NCBI RefSeq assembly: GCF_006345805.1
Contig: NC_042998.1
Coordinates: forward strand, 185,876,001 to 185,940,000
Direction: 5' to 3'
Length of the DNA: 64,000 nt
DNA from: Octopus sinensis
Taxonomy: Eukaryota
Below the pieces are notes generated by a model. That model made no database searches, was not told the DNA's origin, and saw only the letters and a program-made list of their open reading frames with translations. Shown one piece after another: positions 26,593 to 40,904 of the stretch (position 1 is its first letter; each line of letters starts with the position of its first letter). The translations under genes were made by a program, and so were the position numbers.

Positions 26593-26951
26593 AAACTCAT
26601 CATACCCGTTTGATTCAAGGATGGTAAAGAAAGAGGAAGAAAAGCGAAAAATTAAAAAAATACATAAAATTTGAAATAGGAAGAATTTGGAACATGCGAA
26701 TAGTAAAGGTTGTGCCTATAATAATTACTGCGTTGGGAACAGTAAGCAAAGATACAGACAAATTGCTGAAGGAAATTGGAATAGAATGCTCTGTAGAGCT
26801 CCTACAGATAGTTTGTCTCTTAGGGACAGTAAGGATTATCAAGAGGGTTCTAAACATTTGAAAGACTGCTGAAAATTTGTGAATACTTAAGGTTACAGGT
26901 AGTAATCCGCTACTCACATAAATCCTACAGGCCGAAACTGAGCCAAATCAA

Positions 26952-26952
<1 letters not shown>
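26593..26952 (+). mobile_element. R4/Dong-type 3' fragment (family C) between (TAA)n tracts
   Basis: ..IWNMRIVKVVPIIITALGTVSK...CLLGTVRIIKRVLNI*, the RLE C-terminal pattern. Confidence 0.8.
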
Positions 26953-27005
<53 letters not shown>

Positions 27006-27006
<1 letters not shown>

Positions 27007-27420
27007 GACCAGATATAGTTGTCAGAGACCATGAAGAAAAAAAATGCTTTCTAATTGATGTATCAATACCGGCTGATGACAACGTGTCTCTAAAAGAAAT
27101 GGAGAAACTCTCAAAATACAAAGACCTGGAAATAGAGGTAACTAGAATGTGGAATCTGAAAACAGAAACAATTCCTATCATAGTAGGTGCATTAGGCATG
27201 ATAAAAAAATATTCAGACAAATACATAACAAAAACACCAGGACTTACAAACACATATAACATACAGAAAATTGCACTACTAGGCACTGCACACATCCTAC
27301 GCAGAACACTTTCCATACAATAACCATCAGAGCATCACAACAAATCACAGCACATACCTAAGGCACACAGAGCTGCGCTCGGTAGTGAAGTGAAAGCACG
27401 CTATAAAAATAAAACTACTG
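27006..27420 (+). mobile_element. R4/Dong-type 5'-truncated copy (family A), RLE domain plus 3' UTR
   Basis: RPDIVVRDHEEKKCFLIDVSIPADDNVSLKEMEKLSKYKDLEIEV (PD..D..K..KY RLE motif); (TAA)n on both sides. Confidence 0.92.
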
Positions 27421-27427
27421 AATAATA

Positions 27428-27484
<57 letters not shown>

Positions 27485-27485
<1 letters not shown>

Positions 27486-28325
27486 CTGCCTTGTCGGGGG
27501 AGTTTATGAAGCAGATAGAAGTACTTGGGGATATTAGAAATGGATAAATTGATGGAAAAAGAAATAACAGAAAAATTTAAGGTGGAATATTTGCGCAGAC
27601 TGAGACTTCCTTAAGTCGAAATTAAACGGACGGAATAAGTTTGAAGCTATCAACACCTGGGCGGTTTCACTACTTAGATATAGAGCAGGGGTAATCGCAT
27701 GGACAGTAGACGAACTAAGCAGCTTAGATAGAAAGACAAGAAAGTTGCTGACTAGATATGGGATACTCCATCCAAAAAGTGACACAGACAGACTGCATGT
27801 ACCAAGAAAAAGAAGGTGAAGAGGACTGATTGGATGCGAACGCAGCATTAGTGAAGAAGAAAACAACATAGCATGATATGTAAAAATGCCACAGAACCAA
27901 TATTATTGGCAGTAAGATGGTCAGGCTTGTGTAGGAAGGAAGATTGAAAAGATAAAGAATTGTACAAGGACTTGACAATGAAGGAAATGAAACAGTAGTG
28001 GTCGCTGAAAAAGGTGGTAATTATACCAATAATTGTCGGAGCCCTGGGAACAGTGAGTAAAAATCTTGATACGTACATGGAACAAATAGAGGCTATAATA
28101 GGGATGGAGCATTTGCAGAAAACAGCACTGCTTGGAACCGCTCGAATACTCCGGATGATGCTCATAAAATAAGGGGTGTTACCTTAGTTAACTGGTAGTG
28201 AACAGCTGGCACCGTAGTAGATCTCCAGCATTAGAAGCATGGTACCGTAGGCTGCAGGTAGTAATCCCTATACGCATGCAAGACTCCAGGAGCTCCAACA
28301 AAACCTGTGATAAAGAGGAAACAAC
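27485..28325 (+). mobile_element. R4/Dong-type copy (family D), RT thumb region fused to RLE end by internal deletion
   Basis: ..NKFEAINTWAVSLLRY..LHPKSDTDRLHVPRK..GLIGCE.., then VIIPIIVGALGTVSK..KTALLGTARILR. Confidence 0.85.
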
Positions 28326-28360
28326 AACAATAATAATAATAATAATGACAATAATAACTG

Positions 28361-31300
28361 ACAAAGTGTTGGACTATATCCGAGTAAGTAATATTCATTA
28401 AAATTTAGTTCTATTTTCCAAATGAAATTATGTATTTGAACTGTGTATCATCTCCATCATTCGCACAACACGCGTAAACACGCTCGCCACATTCACAAAG
28501 TGTTGGAGTATATCCGAGTAAGTAACACTCATTTAAATTTACTTGTATTTTCTAAATGAAATGAGGTATTTTAATTGTGTATCAATCCATCACTCGCACA
28601 ACACATGTAAACACGCTCGCCACATTACGATCCAATCAACATCGGACCAACTCCGTTCTCAACCACCATACACAAAAAAAAGAAAAATAAACTAAATAAT
28701 ACACGTATTATTCAACCCACGGATAACAAACGGGAAGTATTTACTTTAATCTAGTTACACAAAAAGTACGAAAAACTACATGTGCAAAACCATTTAGCAC
28801 CAGAAAGGAACGGACACCCTACAAAAATGAAGACCATGAAAATAAAGGGCCGGATATTATTCCTCATGTCCCGCAAATAAAATCAAAAAAGCATAAATGG
28901 ACACGTGAGGAATATATTTCAATCCTACACGCTTATTTTACAGCAGTGCTCTAACCACAGAACAAAAACACAACACATACATATAAAATCTGGAAGAAAA
29001 ATAATCTCGATAAAGATTTGGATACAGCAATGAATCCTAATAAACTAGCTAACATACGGAGATATATTTTCAAAACCAAAAAAAAAAATATCAGAAATAG
29101 AAATAGAACGCTTTAAAAGAAATATGGTCAGCGAAGGAACAAACTCAGAAAAGATCTATCAAAACAACGAACACAGCAGCTGAACAAATCTGGAACCCTA
29201 TAACAACTGAAGAGGTCATCCAAGCACTGCAAAAACTAAGCAGCTAGAAGGCACCCGGGCACGGCAAGATCCCCAACTTCTGGTTAAAATATTTAACAGG
29301 AAAACATAAAAAGCTAGCTGAGAAATTTAATGAAATACTAGCAGAGCCAAAGACAATGCCTGAATGACTTACGGAAGGAAAAATTCTCCTAATTCCCAAA
29401 TCAATTGAAACAGCAAACCCACAAAATTACAGACTGATAACTTGTTTCCCTATAATTTACAAAAGCTTTACTGCAATATTATTGCAGAGAATGGGCAAAC
29501 ATCTGGAAGAAAACAACCTGTTTCCAGAAGAGCAGAAGGGATGCTGCAAAAGCTCAGCTACCGATCAATAAAGCCATAACTGAGGACAGCTGCAGAAGGA
29601 GGGTCTAAGTATGGCCTACATCGATTACCAAAAGGCTTTTGATAGTATTCCCCACACATGGAGCCTAGAAACAATAACCATGAACAAGGTAGCACCAATA
29701 ATCCTAAAATATATAAAACATTTCATGAATAAATGGTAGACAGCGCTACAGCTCCAGACAAAAGAGGGGCTCATAAAAACCAAAGCCATCCCCATTAAAA
29801 GAGGAATATTCCAGTTAGACACGCTCTAACCACTCCTTTTCTGTTTGGCACTGACGCCTTTATCTGACATGCTAAACAGAACTGGATGTGGACAAACTGT
29901 TACGGCAAAACAATCAGCCATCTCTTGTGCATGGATGATCTAAAACTGTACGCTACAAATGATCAACAGCTGGAAACATTATTACAGACAGTACATAGAC
30001 TTGCCAAAAAATAAACTTGAAAATAGACTTAGAAAATGTGCCAAAGCAACCTTGAAAAGTGAAAAAGTAGTTAAGAGTACCAACATTATACTAGATAAAG
30101 CAAATCAAATAAGAGAATTAGACAAAAGCCAGACATACAAATACTAAGGAATCAATGAACTAGATACGATACAACACACACATTGAAAGAGAAGATATGG
30201 AAAAATACTATAGACGAGTTAGATTGATACTTAAAACAGAGCTCAATGCGAAAACAATACAATTGGTATCAAAACTCTAGTCGTCCCAGTTATAAGTTAT
30301 AGCTACTGTATTCTTAACTAGACTCTAAATGAACTAATCGAAATAGACAGGAAACAAGAAAAATAATGACGGGGTTTAGGATGCACCGCCCAAAATCTGA
30401 CATAGACAGGCTATATATACAACGTATCGAAGGTAGTATAGGCCTTGTAAAGCTAGAAAACTATTATAAAATAACCACCATAGGACTACAGAGATATCTA
30501 CTTAAAAAGCTAGGAAAACTAATATGAATACCCACAAAACACGAACAAAACAAAAAGAAATGTTTTCAGCCTTTAAGGAAGCTAACAAATACAAACAAGA
30601 AATCATAGTACCAACAACTATGAAGAAAAAGAAGCAACAATAGCTGTAAAACAACTGAAATCCAAACTAAAACAGGAGCAACAACTGGAGCAACAATGAT
30701 AAAACGATGGCAAGAAAAGCCCCTTCATGTCAAATATTGGGTTAATATAAATAGAAAAGAAATAGACAAAGCGAAATCCCAACAATGGCTGAAAAGCTCA
30801 GGACTTAAAGCAGAGACTGAAGGATCAAAGCCTCCCCACCAGTATTCAAAAACACGCAATGAAAAGCAATACATGTAACAGCAGAATATGTGGTGATGGA
30901 TTAGAAATCCTAAATCATATCGTCTCTGGTTGTCCAGTCCTGGCTAAGAAGGAATATATTCACAGACACGATAAACTTGGGACCTACATACACTGGAAGC
31001 TATGCTAACATTATGGAATAACAACAGAAAAAAGATGATATAGGCACTCGCCAGAAAAGTCACAGAAAATGAGAAAGAAACCCTACTCTGGGATATGTCA
31101 ATGCACACAGAGAAATTAAGGCCAATAGTCCGGATATAGTTGTCAGAGACCACCAATAAAAAATGCTTTCTAATCGATGTGTCAATACCAACAGATTACA
31201 ATGTTTCTCTAATGGAAACGGAGAAACTTTCAAAATACAAAGATCTGGAAATAGAGGTAATTCAAATGTGGCGTCTAAAAAGAGAAACAATTCCTATCAC

Positions 31301-31543
31301 AGTAGGTGCATTAGGCATGATAAAAAAATATTCAGACAAATACATAACAAAAACACAAAGACTTACAAGTAAGTATATACAACATAGAGAAAATAGCACT
31401 ACTAGGCACCGCACACATCCTACGTTAAATACCTTCAATACAGTGGAAATAAGAGCACCACAACAAATCACAGCACATACCCAAGGCACACAGAGCTACG
31501 CTCGATAGTGTAGTGAAAGCACGTGATAAAAATAAGACTGCTG
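28361..31543 (+). mobile_element. Near full-length decayed R4/Dong-type LINE (family A)
   Basis: Duplicated 5' segment; N-terminal KWTREEY..MNPNKLANIRRYI; RT motifs IDYQKAFDSIPH, RGIFQ and LLCMDDLKLY; zinc knuckle RICGDGLEILNHIVSGCP; RLE RPDIVVRDH..LIDVSIP..KYKDL; 3' UTR ending CTG before TAA-rich tail. Many stops and frameshifts. Confidence 0.92.
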
Positions 31544-31560
31544 AATTATAATAATAATCA

Positions 31561-31815
31561 ACCCATCATGCCCGTTTGATTCCAGGATCGTAAAGAAGAA
31601 GAAGAAAAACAAAAATAAAGTAGCGCTCAACTACCAACATGGCTCAAAAAGATTGGTGCAAACGTAAAGATAGAACATCTAGAAAAATCAGCATTGCTTG
31701 GAACTGCAAGAATTCTTGAAGCATGACCATTAGCAAGTGTCACCTTAGACTGCTGGCAGTAGACAGCTAACACTTTCTAACATACGCAGCAAAATAAGCT
31801 GTTAGTTTTCACCAA
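31561..31815 (+). mobile_element. R4/Dong-type short 3' fragment
   Basis: ..IEHLEKSALLGTARILEA* plus 3' UTR ending AAGAAATAATAA. Confidence 0.7.
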
Positions 31816-31999
31816 GAAATAATAAACGGAAAAACAAGTGTGGTATCCAAAGCATTATAGGACATACTTGTATTTTACCAAAATGCCGAAATAGTTACGT
31901 AACAGTAATGCAGATGTGCAATCATGCATTTTACCTAAGATGTATATATATAATTGTTAAAGGGGACAATAAACGTTAAGGCAAGGCAAACATCTCAAG

Positions 32000-32207
32000 T
32001 CGTATACGCAGATAGCGTTTGAAATGGATGCAGGGACTGTAAATTTCTTGGCATGAATTCAGTAATTCTGGTTTTAGGGAGTCTTTGAGGATCCTTGCTC
32101 GGGCGCGTCCGCCCAAAGTTAATATAGGATCCCAGCCGTTGTATGATCCTCCACTTGATATCGTATAGGATCCCTTCATCTTTGAAGTGTCACACTTGGC
32201 TTGCCAG
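32000..32207 (-). pseudogene. Penelope-like element C-terminal (post GIY-YIG) fragment
   Basis: LASQV*HFKDEGILYDIKWRIIQRLGSY, then (frameshift) ILKDSLKPELLNSCQEIYSPCIHFKRYL; resembles the PLE LSK..W.LKD....Y.IKW.I and LLN.R.E..S.CRH pattern as I recall it. Confidence 0.55.
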
Positions 32208-32209
32208 GA

Positions 32210-32241
<32 letters not shown>

Positions 32242-33493
32242 GCACTATATTATGGTATATTATATTACATTATATATATATTCCATGTAACGATGATAAT
32301 TTGGTGTATGCTCTTTGTGTGTATGGAACCTAAACTGTCACTGAAGCTGAAACAGATACACTTTACATTTGTTCATAGACTCACAGAATAAAAATAACAT
32401 ACTATAACTACAAAGAACACGAATGTTACGTTTTCATGATTGCATTAGAATTTGTGAACTCCCATAAACAATATACATTATTGATTGACCTATTTAACTA
32501 CAGTCTAAAAACTGAGTTTAAAGAATTAAAATTTTTAAGTAGTCCTAAACTGAATAATATTTCCTATCAAAAGTTCATGTTAACTAGCAGATGAAAGAAG
32601 AGTTACGTGTTTCAAAGAAAATAATTTGTGGTATGGAAAGAAATTTCTCACGCTGTTCGGAAACACTTTCGAGAAACAGTAAAGCATTCCAAAATCTAAA
32701 AGAAACGCAAATAATCACAGCAACTTCCAGTTGTCAATTTATAGTGAAGGAGACGATTGATCATTTATGCTGCTAATCTTTGAGAAGCAGTGCGGAAACT
32801 GCTTGATGTAAATAAATCTAACTAATTCACACATTAAGACATTCCTAATGCACTAACACAGCATGATTATGAAAATAACAATGTAAAATATATGTTTAAA
32901 ATACATTGTGCTTCATTCCACAGCAATACTATATGTTTTAAACATGATTGTGCTTCAGTACACTGATACTATTTCATTTCATGCTTTGAATGCTTTCATA
33001 ACATCCTTTTGTTTAAAATTGTGAACGTATTTTGCATTATGAACAAAGGTTCGGACCTGATGAATAACTTGTAAGCACTTCCATCATTTTTTTTTTTTTT
33101 GAGGAATTCCCAACTACTTGCTGGCTAACATATTTCATTCATAGTGGATTTGCCATACACCAGAAAAATGCTCATAGAATAATAAGAAATCGAAAAACAT
33201 TGTTATTGATTAACAGTAAAACTTTATTTATAATAGCCTTTGTTGCATCCATGAATTTTACATAAAAGTTACCGAAGATATAAAAATACCACGTATATTT
33301 TACATTTGAAAAGATCCACCATCGTGTTATGTGGCGTATGTTCCAGCGATTTTTGCCAGTTAGTTAAATCTCGAGCTGCGAAGGAATCTTCTTGTATATT
33401 GCCATGTTCCCTTCTTTAATCGCATAAATAATCGGTAACACGAAGTACGATTCAAGAAACTTCAGCTTATAGCAACAACAACAACAGTTAAAC

Positions 33494-33990
33494 ATAATCT
33501 TTTCTACTCTAGGCACAAGGCCCTAAATTTTGGGCGAGGGGAGGCAGTCGATCAGATCGACCCCAGTACGCAACTGGTACTTAAGTTATCGATCCAGAAA
33601 GGATGAAAGGTAAAGTCGACCTCGGCGGAATTTGAACTCAGAACGTAACGGCAGACGAAATACCTATTTCTTTACCTCCCACAAGGGGCTAAACATAGAG
33701 GGGACAAACAAGTACAGACAAACGGATTTAGTCGATTATATCGACCCCAGTGCGTAACTAGTACTTATTTCATCGACCCCGAAAGGATGAAAGGCAAAGT
33801 GAACCTCGGCGGAATTTGAACTCAGAACGTAAAGACAGACGAAATCCCACTAAGCATTTCGCCCGTTAGCTTGCCGGGGAAAATGCTTAGCGGCATTTCG
33901 TCCGTATTTACGTCTGAGTTCAAATTCTGTCGAGATCGACTTTGCCTTTCATCCTTTCGTAGTCGATAAATTAAGTACCAGTCAAATACT
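33494..33990. mobile_element. SINE-A cluster: long-tail copy (-) inserted into short-tail copy (-), plus a + copy
   Basis: Junction tail/GGTATTTCGTC at 33658-33673. Confidence 0.85.
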
Positions 33991-34179
33991 GGGGTCGCTG
34001 TTACTGCTGCTGAGCAGTAGCAGCAGCAGCAGTAACTACTACTTCTGCTGTTATTGTTAAGAACTAGCGCAATGCTAGACAAATGTAATTGGCTCCATCG
34101 CCAAATGATGGTGATGCTGATAAAAACACAAGAGCAACAACAACTACAATAATAATAATAATGATGATGATAATATTGA

Positions 34180-34390
34180 TTTCAAATTTTGGCACAAGGC
34201 CAGCTCTTTCGGGGGAGGAGTATGTCAATTACATCGACCCCAGTGTTTCACTAGCACTTATTTTATCGACCTCGAAAGGATGAAAGGCAAAGTCGACCCC
34301 GGCGGTATTTGAACTCAGAACGTAAAGACGGACGAAATGTCAGTAAGTATTTCGTCCGGTGTGCTATCGATTCTACCAGCTCGTCGCCAT
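34180..34390 (-). mobile_element. SINE-A short-tail in an ATA/TGA tract
   Basis: Core homology; flanks AATAATGAT..ARTATT on both sides. Confidence 0.85.
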
Positions 34391-34429
34391 AATAATAATG
34401 ATAGTATTAATGAATTTATGCTTTTGTTA

Positions 34430-35300
34430 GAAATTATTTGAGAGGAAAAAGTACTCAACAGATGTTCTGAGTTTCCCGGGAAACATTATATCATGAAGTA
34501 TTAAACTTTCAACCAGTTGAAGTAGCTTGAATATCATTTGCAATGATTGGCATTATAAAGAAAATATTTACATATTTTCTCTTTAAGGTACTGACTGAAA
34601 TATTTAGAAGATAATGGAACCTCTTCGTAAATATTTCTTCCTATTTTTGCAAGAAGAGAGTTGAATAATGTAGTTTCTTTATGGACACCACCACATCTTT
34701 TCAGAACGAAGCAGGGAAATGATTCATGGAGCTTTCTTCTGCTTGAGCTTCAATAAAGGATTATTTTATAGTCAATTTTACATATAGCCCCTGGTTTATT
34801 TTATAATTTATTTTATATATTGTTGCCTATCTAGTTTCTCAGTATAATATATTTCTGAGGCCATCTTCTCGATTTCGATAACTATATTACTGTAGCATTT
34901 GTAGCTAAGAATCTCAGATCTCTTTGTTAACACTTTCAGCTTAAGGATCTTAGATGAAATCAGAGCTTTTGTCATCCATGGTTATAGGTTGGGATATTTA
35001 TAGTTGTATTTTATTTCAGTTATGGATATAACTACTTCTATTTCAACGACAAATATGTCGAAGAATTTATCATATTATTCATTTGTGCCCATCTCTTAAG
35101 ATTCCATTGCTTTAAGATTTCATTGAAATCTGTCTGTGATATATGTTCCAATTAAAGCGCTTGGGTTAGATTTACTATAATTTCTGTAAACTCTTGATAC
35201 TTTCAGTGTTTGCATTTCTTAGGAGTTACAGAAGTGGTGTTTGAACGTTGTACAACCATTTACCAGGTTTATGAAAATCTTTAGGGTCTTTGCTAGAATG
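34430..35300 (-). pseudogene. Decayed CR1/L2-group LINE fragment (APE-RT linker and RT start)
   Basis: PWMTKALISSK..YKCYSN..EIYYTEKL; SEKDVVVSIKKL; CFPGNSEHLL (QYGFR..STEHAL-like). Confidence 0.5.
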
Positions 35301-35861
35301 GAGTACATAAGAGAAGTAATGTTTTCAGTGAATTTGGGTGAACAAACCTTAGAGAAAAATACATGGTTGAGAAGACTGCGTCATAATTATAATGATTTAT
35401 TACTTTTCTGTTCAAATAATTATATATAAATTTTCTCTTTTTTTTTCTTGTTTGAGTTGTACCAAAATGCTGATGAGGACATCTAGAAATATAATACAAT
35501 TCTTAATAACTTTTTTTCGAATATTACATATGTATGTATAGAGCTGTAAGTAAATTTACGGCGTGTTTAGGTGTAAACTATAAGTAGCTATAAACTATTT
35601 TCTCTTGTCAGTTAAGTGAGTAACCAATCTTTAGTAGTGACAGGGTAAAAAGCAAACTAATAATAATAAAAAAGCACTGAAACTAGTCAGGCTGATACTT
35701 TCTTAAGCTCAGTATCAACTTTCCATATCGAAGCTAAATATCTATGTTTGCGAAAAACACACACTGTAAGTTTTCTTAACACGTCAATTTATTCAAAACA
35801 CCGTATAGCGCTCCTTTTAATTATGTATGCATGTACAAAGGATGCATATATATACATGAAC

Positions 35862-36028
35862 TTATGTATGTATGTATGTATGTATGTATGTATGTATGTA
35901 TGTATGTATGTATGTATGTATGTATGTATGTATGTATGTATGTGTGTATGTGTGTATGTATGTATGTATGTATGTATGTATGTATGTGTGTATGTATGTA
36001 TGTATGTATGTATGTATGTATGTATGTG

Positions 36029-36060
<32 letters not shown>

Positions 36061-36190
36061 TGTATGTATGTATGTGTGTATGTGTGTATGTGTGTATGTA
36101 TGTATGTATGTATGTATGTATGTGTGTATGTGTGTATGTTTGTATGTATGTATGTATGTATGTATATATGTATGTATGCATGTATGTATA
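35862..36190. repeat. (TATG)n/(TG)n
   Basis: Direct reading. Confidence 0.95.
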
Positions 36191-36314
36191 CATCTATCTT
36201 TAAAGGTTTTTCTGCATGTTTTTCTTTGAGATTTAGGTTTTTCTTCGCAAAATCTAAACCGAGCACTTCTTCCTTTATTTTGTTAAGTAAAACAATTCAG
36301 AGATTTGCGAGTTC

Positions 36315-36382
<68 letters not shown>

Positions 36383-37109
36383 GTGTATGTATGGATATAC
36401 TTGCACTCATGCAATGAATGTACATATTTTTTTTCTACACGAACGTGTGCGATTGCACTTTGTGTCCATTTGCTTTAAGAATATATACGCTTCGCGTGGG
36501 ATATGGTGAGCCGCAAAAATGTATAATTAGTTCAAAGTTTACTTATAATGACAACAAAGGTCATTAGCATTAACGATAATTTTTGTCAAAACTAAAGCAG
36601 ACAACTTCAACATTCAAGTGGGCATATAGTATGGAGTGAGTCAGAATTTTGCGATGTTTAAACCTCTTCAAAAGCGTTTACTTTTACTCATCTTAACCAG
36701 ACTCTATATATTTATGTTTTTACAAAAACCCTATATATTCCACTCAGTGGAATATATAAGGTTTTTAGTAGAAAAATCTTTCACTGATTAGGCATATTAG
36801 AATAATGACATGGGAATATTTTCTATGGATACCAAGAGACTTTAATCTAGACTTTGAAAAACTGTTATCACTCCATCAAGCAAATCCTTCACGTTGAGAA
36901 ATTACATTAATATACATATTTTGACAACTCGAGCATTTCTTAGGGAAAATGTGTTTATGGATTGGGGAAGCTAAAACTAATATGACAAAACAATTTATTG
37001 GCATTGGCTTCCAAGAAATAAGTTCTTACCATTCCCAGAAATATGCCTACACCTCCCACACACTTCTGAAACGCCAACAGACACATGCGTGTTATTCATT
37101 TATTTACAT

Positions 37110-37780
37110 TTGTGTGTGTGTATGTAGGTATGTGTGTGCGTGTGTGTGTGCATGTATGTATGTATGTGTGTGCGTGTGTTTATGTATGTATGTATTATGT
37201 ATGTATGTATGTATGTATGTATGAATGTGTATGTGTGTATGTATGTATGTATGTATGTATGTATGAATGTATGTGTGTGCGTGTGGTTATGTATGTAAGT
37301 ATGTATGTAAGTATGTATGTATGTATGTATGTATGTATGTGTATGCGTGTATGTATGTATGTATGTATGTATGTATGTTGTATGTATGTATGTGTGTGCG
37401 TATGTATGTATGTATGTATGAATGTATGTGTGTGCGTGTGTTTATGTATGTATGTATGTATGTATTATGTATGTATTATGTGTGTGCGTATGTATGTATG
37501 TATGTATGTATGTATGAATGTATGTGTGTACGTGTGTTTATGTATGTATGAATGTATGTGTGTATGTGTATATATTCACGCCCGAACTGTACAGCGTGTA
37601 TGTATGTATGTATGTGTGTGTATGTGTTTATGTATGTATGTATGTGTGTGCGTGTGTTTATGTATGTATGTATGTATGTATGTATTTGTATGTATGTATG
37701 CATGTATGTATGTATGTATGTATGTATGTATGTATGTATGTATGTGTATATATTCACGCCCGAATTGTACAGCGTGCATA
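37110..37780. repeat. Compound (TATG)n array with duplicated 27-bp unique island
   Basis: TATATTCACGCCCGAA(C/T)TGTACAGCGTG at about 37570 and 37750. Confidence 0.9.
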
Positions 37781-38069
37781 GAATAAATCAATAACGTACA
37801 TATACATCACTTATTTTCAACCAGGCAAAGAAAATAAAGTGATGATGATGGAGAAAAGAAAACTTCTTATGAAGAAATTACGAAATCAATAATGAAGGAG
37901 TGAATGTGAGAATGAATTCTAAAAACGGTAAACACGAAATGTTGTGTTCGGACAACTGAATGAATAAAGAGAATATGAGGACGAAATATAACATCTGAAT
38001 AGATGAAAGGGTAAGCAAGAACCATGGAATGATTGAATAAAGACAACAGGAAAATAACATATTAAGTAG

Positions 38070-38073
38070 AGCT

Positions 38074-38159
<86 letters not shown>

Positions 38160-38485
38160 GAGGGAGAGACAGAGAGAGAGACAGAGAGAGACAGAGAGAG
38201 AGACTGAGAGAGAGAGAGAGAGAGAGACTGAGAGAGACAGAGAGAGAGACTGAGAGAGAGACTGAGAGAGAGAGACTGAGAGAGAGACTGAGAGAGAGAG
38301 ACTGAGAGAGAGACAGAGAGAGAGAGAGAGACTGAGAGAGGAGACAGAGAGAGAGAGACTGAGAGAGAGAGACAGAGAGAGACTGAGAGAGAGAGGGAGA
38401 GAGAGACAGAGAGAGAGAGAGAGACTGAGAGAGAGAGACACAGAGAGAGAGACTGAGAGAGAGAGAGACAGAGAGAGAGAGAGAG
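38070..38485. repeat. (GA)n with GACT/GACA variants
   Basis: Direct reading. Confidence 0.95.
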
Positions 38486-39226
38486 TAGTATATGAGAAAT
38501 TAGAGAAAGGAAGAAAGTGTGAGGAAAGCAAAGTTGAAAGACAGAAACATGTGTAAGAGAGAAAGAGTGAGAGAAGGAATGGGGAAGAGAAAGAGAGAAG
38601 AGTGAAAGGAAAAGAGAGAGAAAAAGTCGGTGGTAGGAGAAGGAAAAGGAAATAGAGATAAAAGAGAAAGAGGAGAGAGAAAGAAGTGTAAGAAGAAAGG
38701 AAAAATAGAATACTAAAAGAGAAAAAGCGAAAAGAGAAAAAGTGAGAAAATGTTTTATGAAGGAATAACAAAATTTAAAAAATGGAAATGTAGAAAATGG
38801 CGGTGCATCAGCATGGCCGCAGCTCTGAGTTGAATCTACAGGAAAAGAAAAAGAGTGGAAAAAGAGAAAAGTTTAAAAGAAAGAGAAAACGAAAGAAGAC
38901 GAGCAGTGGAAAGGAGAGGAAGAGGAAGAGAGGCAGACAGAGATGGAAAGAGAGGGAAAGAGAGGGTAGACAGACAGAGGCTGAGACAGACACAGAGACG
39001 GTATGTGAACTTGAAATACAGAAGAATGTATGTGTATACATATATACATACATACATACATACATACATACATACATACATGTATGCATGCATACATACA
39101 TGTATGCATGCATACATACATGTATGCATACATGCATGCATACTTGCATATATGCATTACATGCATACACACACATACATACATATATATGCATGTATGT
39201 ATGTATGTGTTTGTAAATGTGTGTGC

Positions 39227-39257
<31 letters not shown>

Positions 39258-39374
39258 ATACACATGCTGGTTTTTTTGTTGAGAACACACTCTTTGTGGT
39301 AAGGCGATTTGACGTCTATCTCTAGCGTATAGGAATCCACTTTAGTGATTTTTCCTCTTATTAATTGTAATATA

Positions 39375-39507
<133 letters not shown>

Positions 39508-39620
39508 TGTGTGTGTGTGTGTGTAATAAAGAATGTGAGTGTGCATTGATGAGTTACGGTCAGAGAGAGACGAGTGAAAAAGTGAGGGATGGCGAAATAA
39601 AAGAGAAATAAGCGAAAAGA

Positions 39621-39663
<43 letters not shown>

Positions 39664-40443
39664 TAATAATAATAATAATAATTAAAAACAACGAAACTGA
39701 AAGCTAGAGAACAAAAATAAGAATGAAAATAAGCAAAACTAAGGGAGAGAGTTAGAAAGAGAGAGGGAAAAGAGAGAAAGAAAGTAAAAGAGAGAGAGAG
39801 AGAGAGAAGAGGAAAGAAAGAGAAAGAGTGAACGAAACGAAGGAGAGGGTAAACTGTGAAATTCAGGGGGAAAAAAGAACGGCGCAAAAAAAAATTTTAA
39901 ATGAATGAGAAAGGAAGAAAGAGACGTGGTGACGTGGAAAAAAAAAAATAAGAGAGAGAAGGAAAGTTAAAAAGAGTAAAAAAAAAAAACCCAAAGAAGA
40001 AATGGAAAAGCAAGCAAGAATTAATCGAGGAAGAGACGAAAATGGAAATCAAAGTGAATCAGCAGATTTTTGACTGTTGCTCTCTTGTTCATTGTTTCCG
40101 ATGTCTAATGAGAGTAGTTAAATTGAAGAGAGAAAGATGTGGAAATTCAACGAGTTTTATCATTCTTTTATTCCAACATTCGTTCATTTTTTTCTTTTGT
40201 TCTTTCATCTTAATTCGCTAATTCCTTTATTCTATATTCACTTATTTATTTATTTATTTATTTGTATATTTGTTCGTTCACAAGTTTGTTGCACTTAGTA
40301 TATAACTTTCTGTACTAAGAGTTAGAATGACACTTTCATTTGAGTTTCCCTTCCTCTCTATTCATCAAACAATAAGCAAACTATTCCCGGCATGTTAAAC
40401 TCAATGGGTCCCTTTATTCAATATTATTTTTAGAAGAAGAAGG

Positions 40444-40635
<192 letters not shown>

Positions 40636-40735
40636 AATGATACCAGGCTTACCATCCCTACAGGAAGTGCAAAAAACCGTATTGACTGGAACGGCTCATG
40701 TACCGAGAAGAGCATTATCGTTGTGAAAACAACAT
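40636..40735 (+). mobile_element. R4/Dong-type extreme 3' fragment
   Basis: MIPGLPSLQEVQKTVLTGTAHVPRRALSL*, directly after (TAA)n. Confidence 0.7.
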
Positions 40736-40904
40736 CCATCTATTTATTTATTTATTTATTAAATTTTAAATACATATTTTACCTGTGAATTTGCGTGTGT
40801 AATTTGGGAATGCATACAATGAGTTTCTCTGCCCTATGTGTACGGAAAACACTTGGCGAGAAACGGAAGAAAATTTGAAGAAAGAAGGAAAAAAAAAATA
40901 ATAA

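Noticed and set aside
33057-33063. CTGATGA
   Set aside because: No downstream stem or GAAA.
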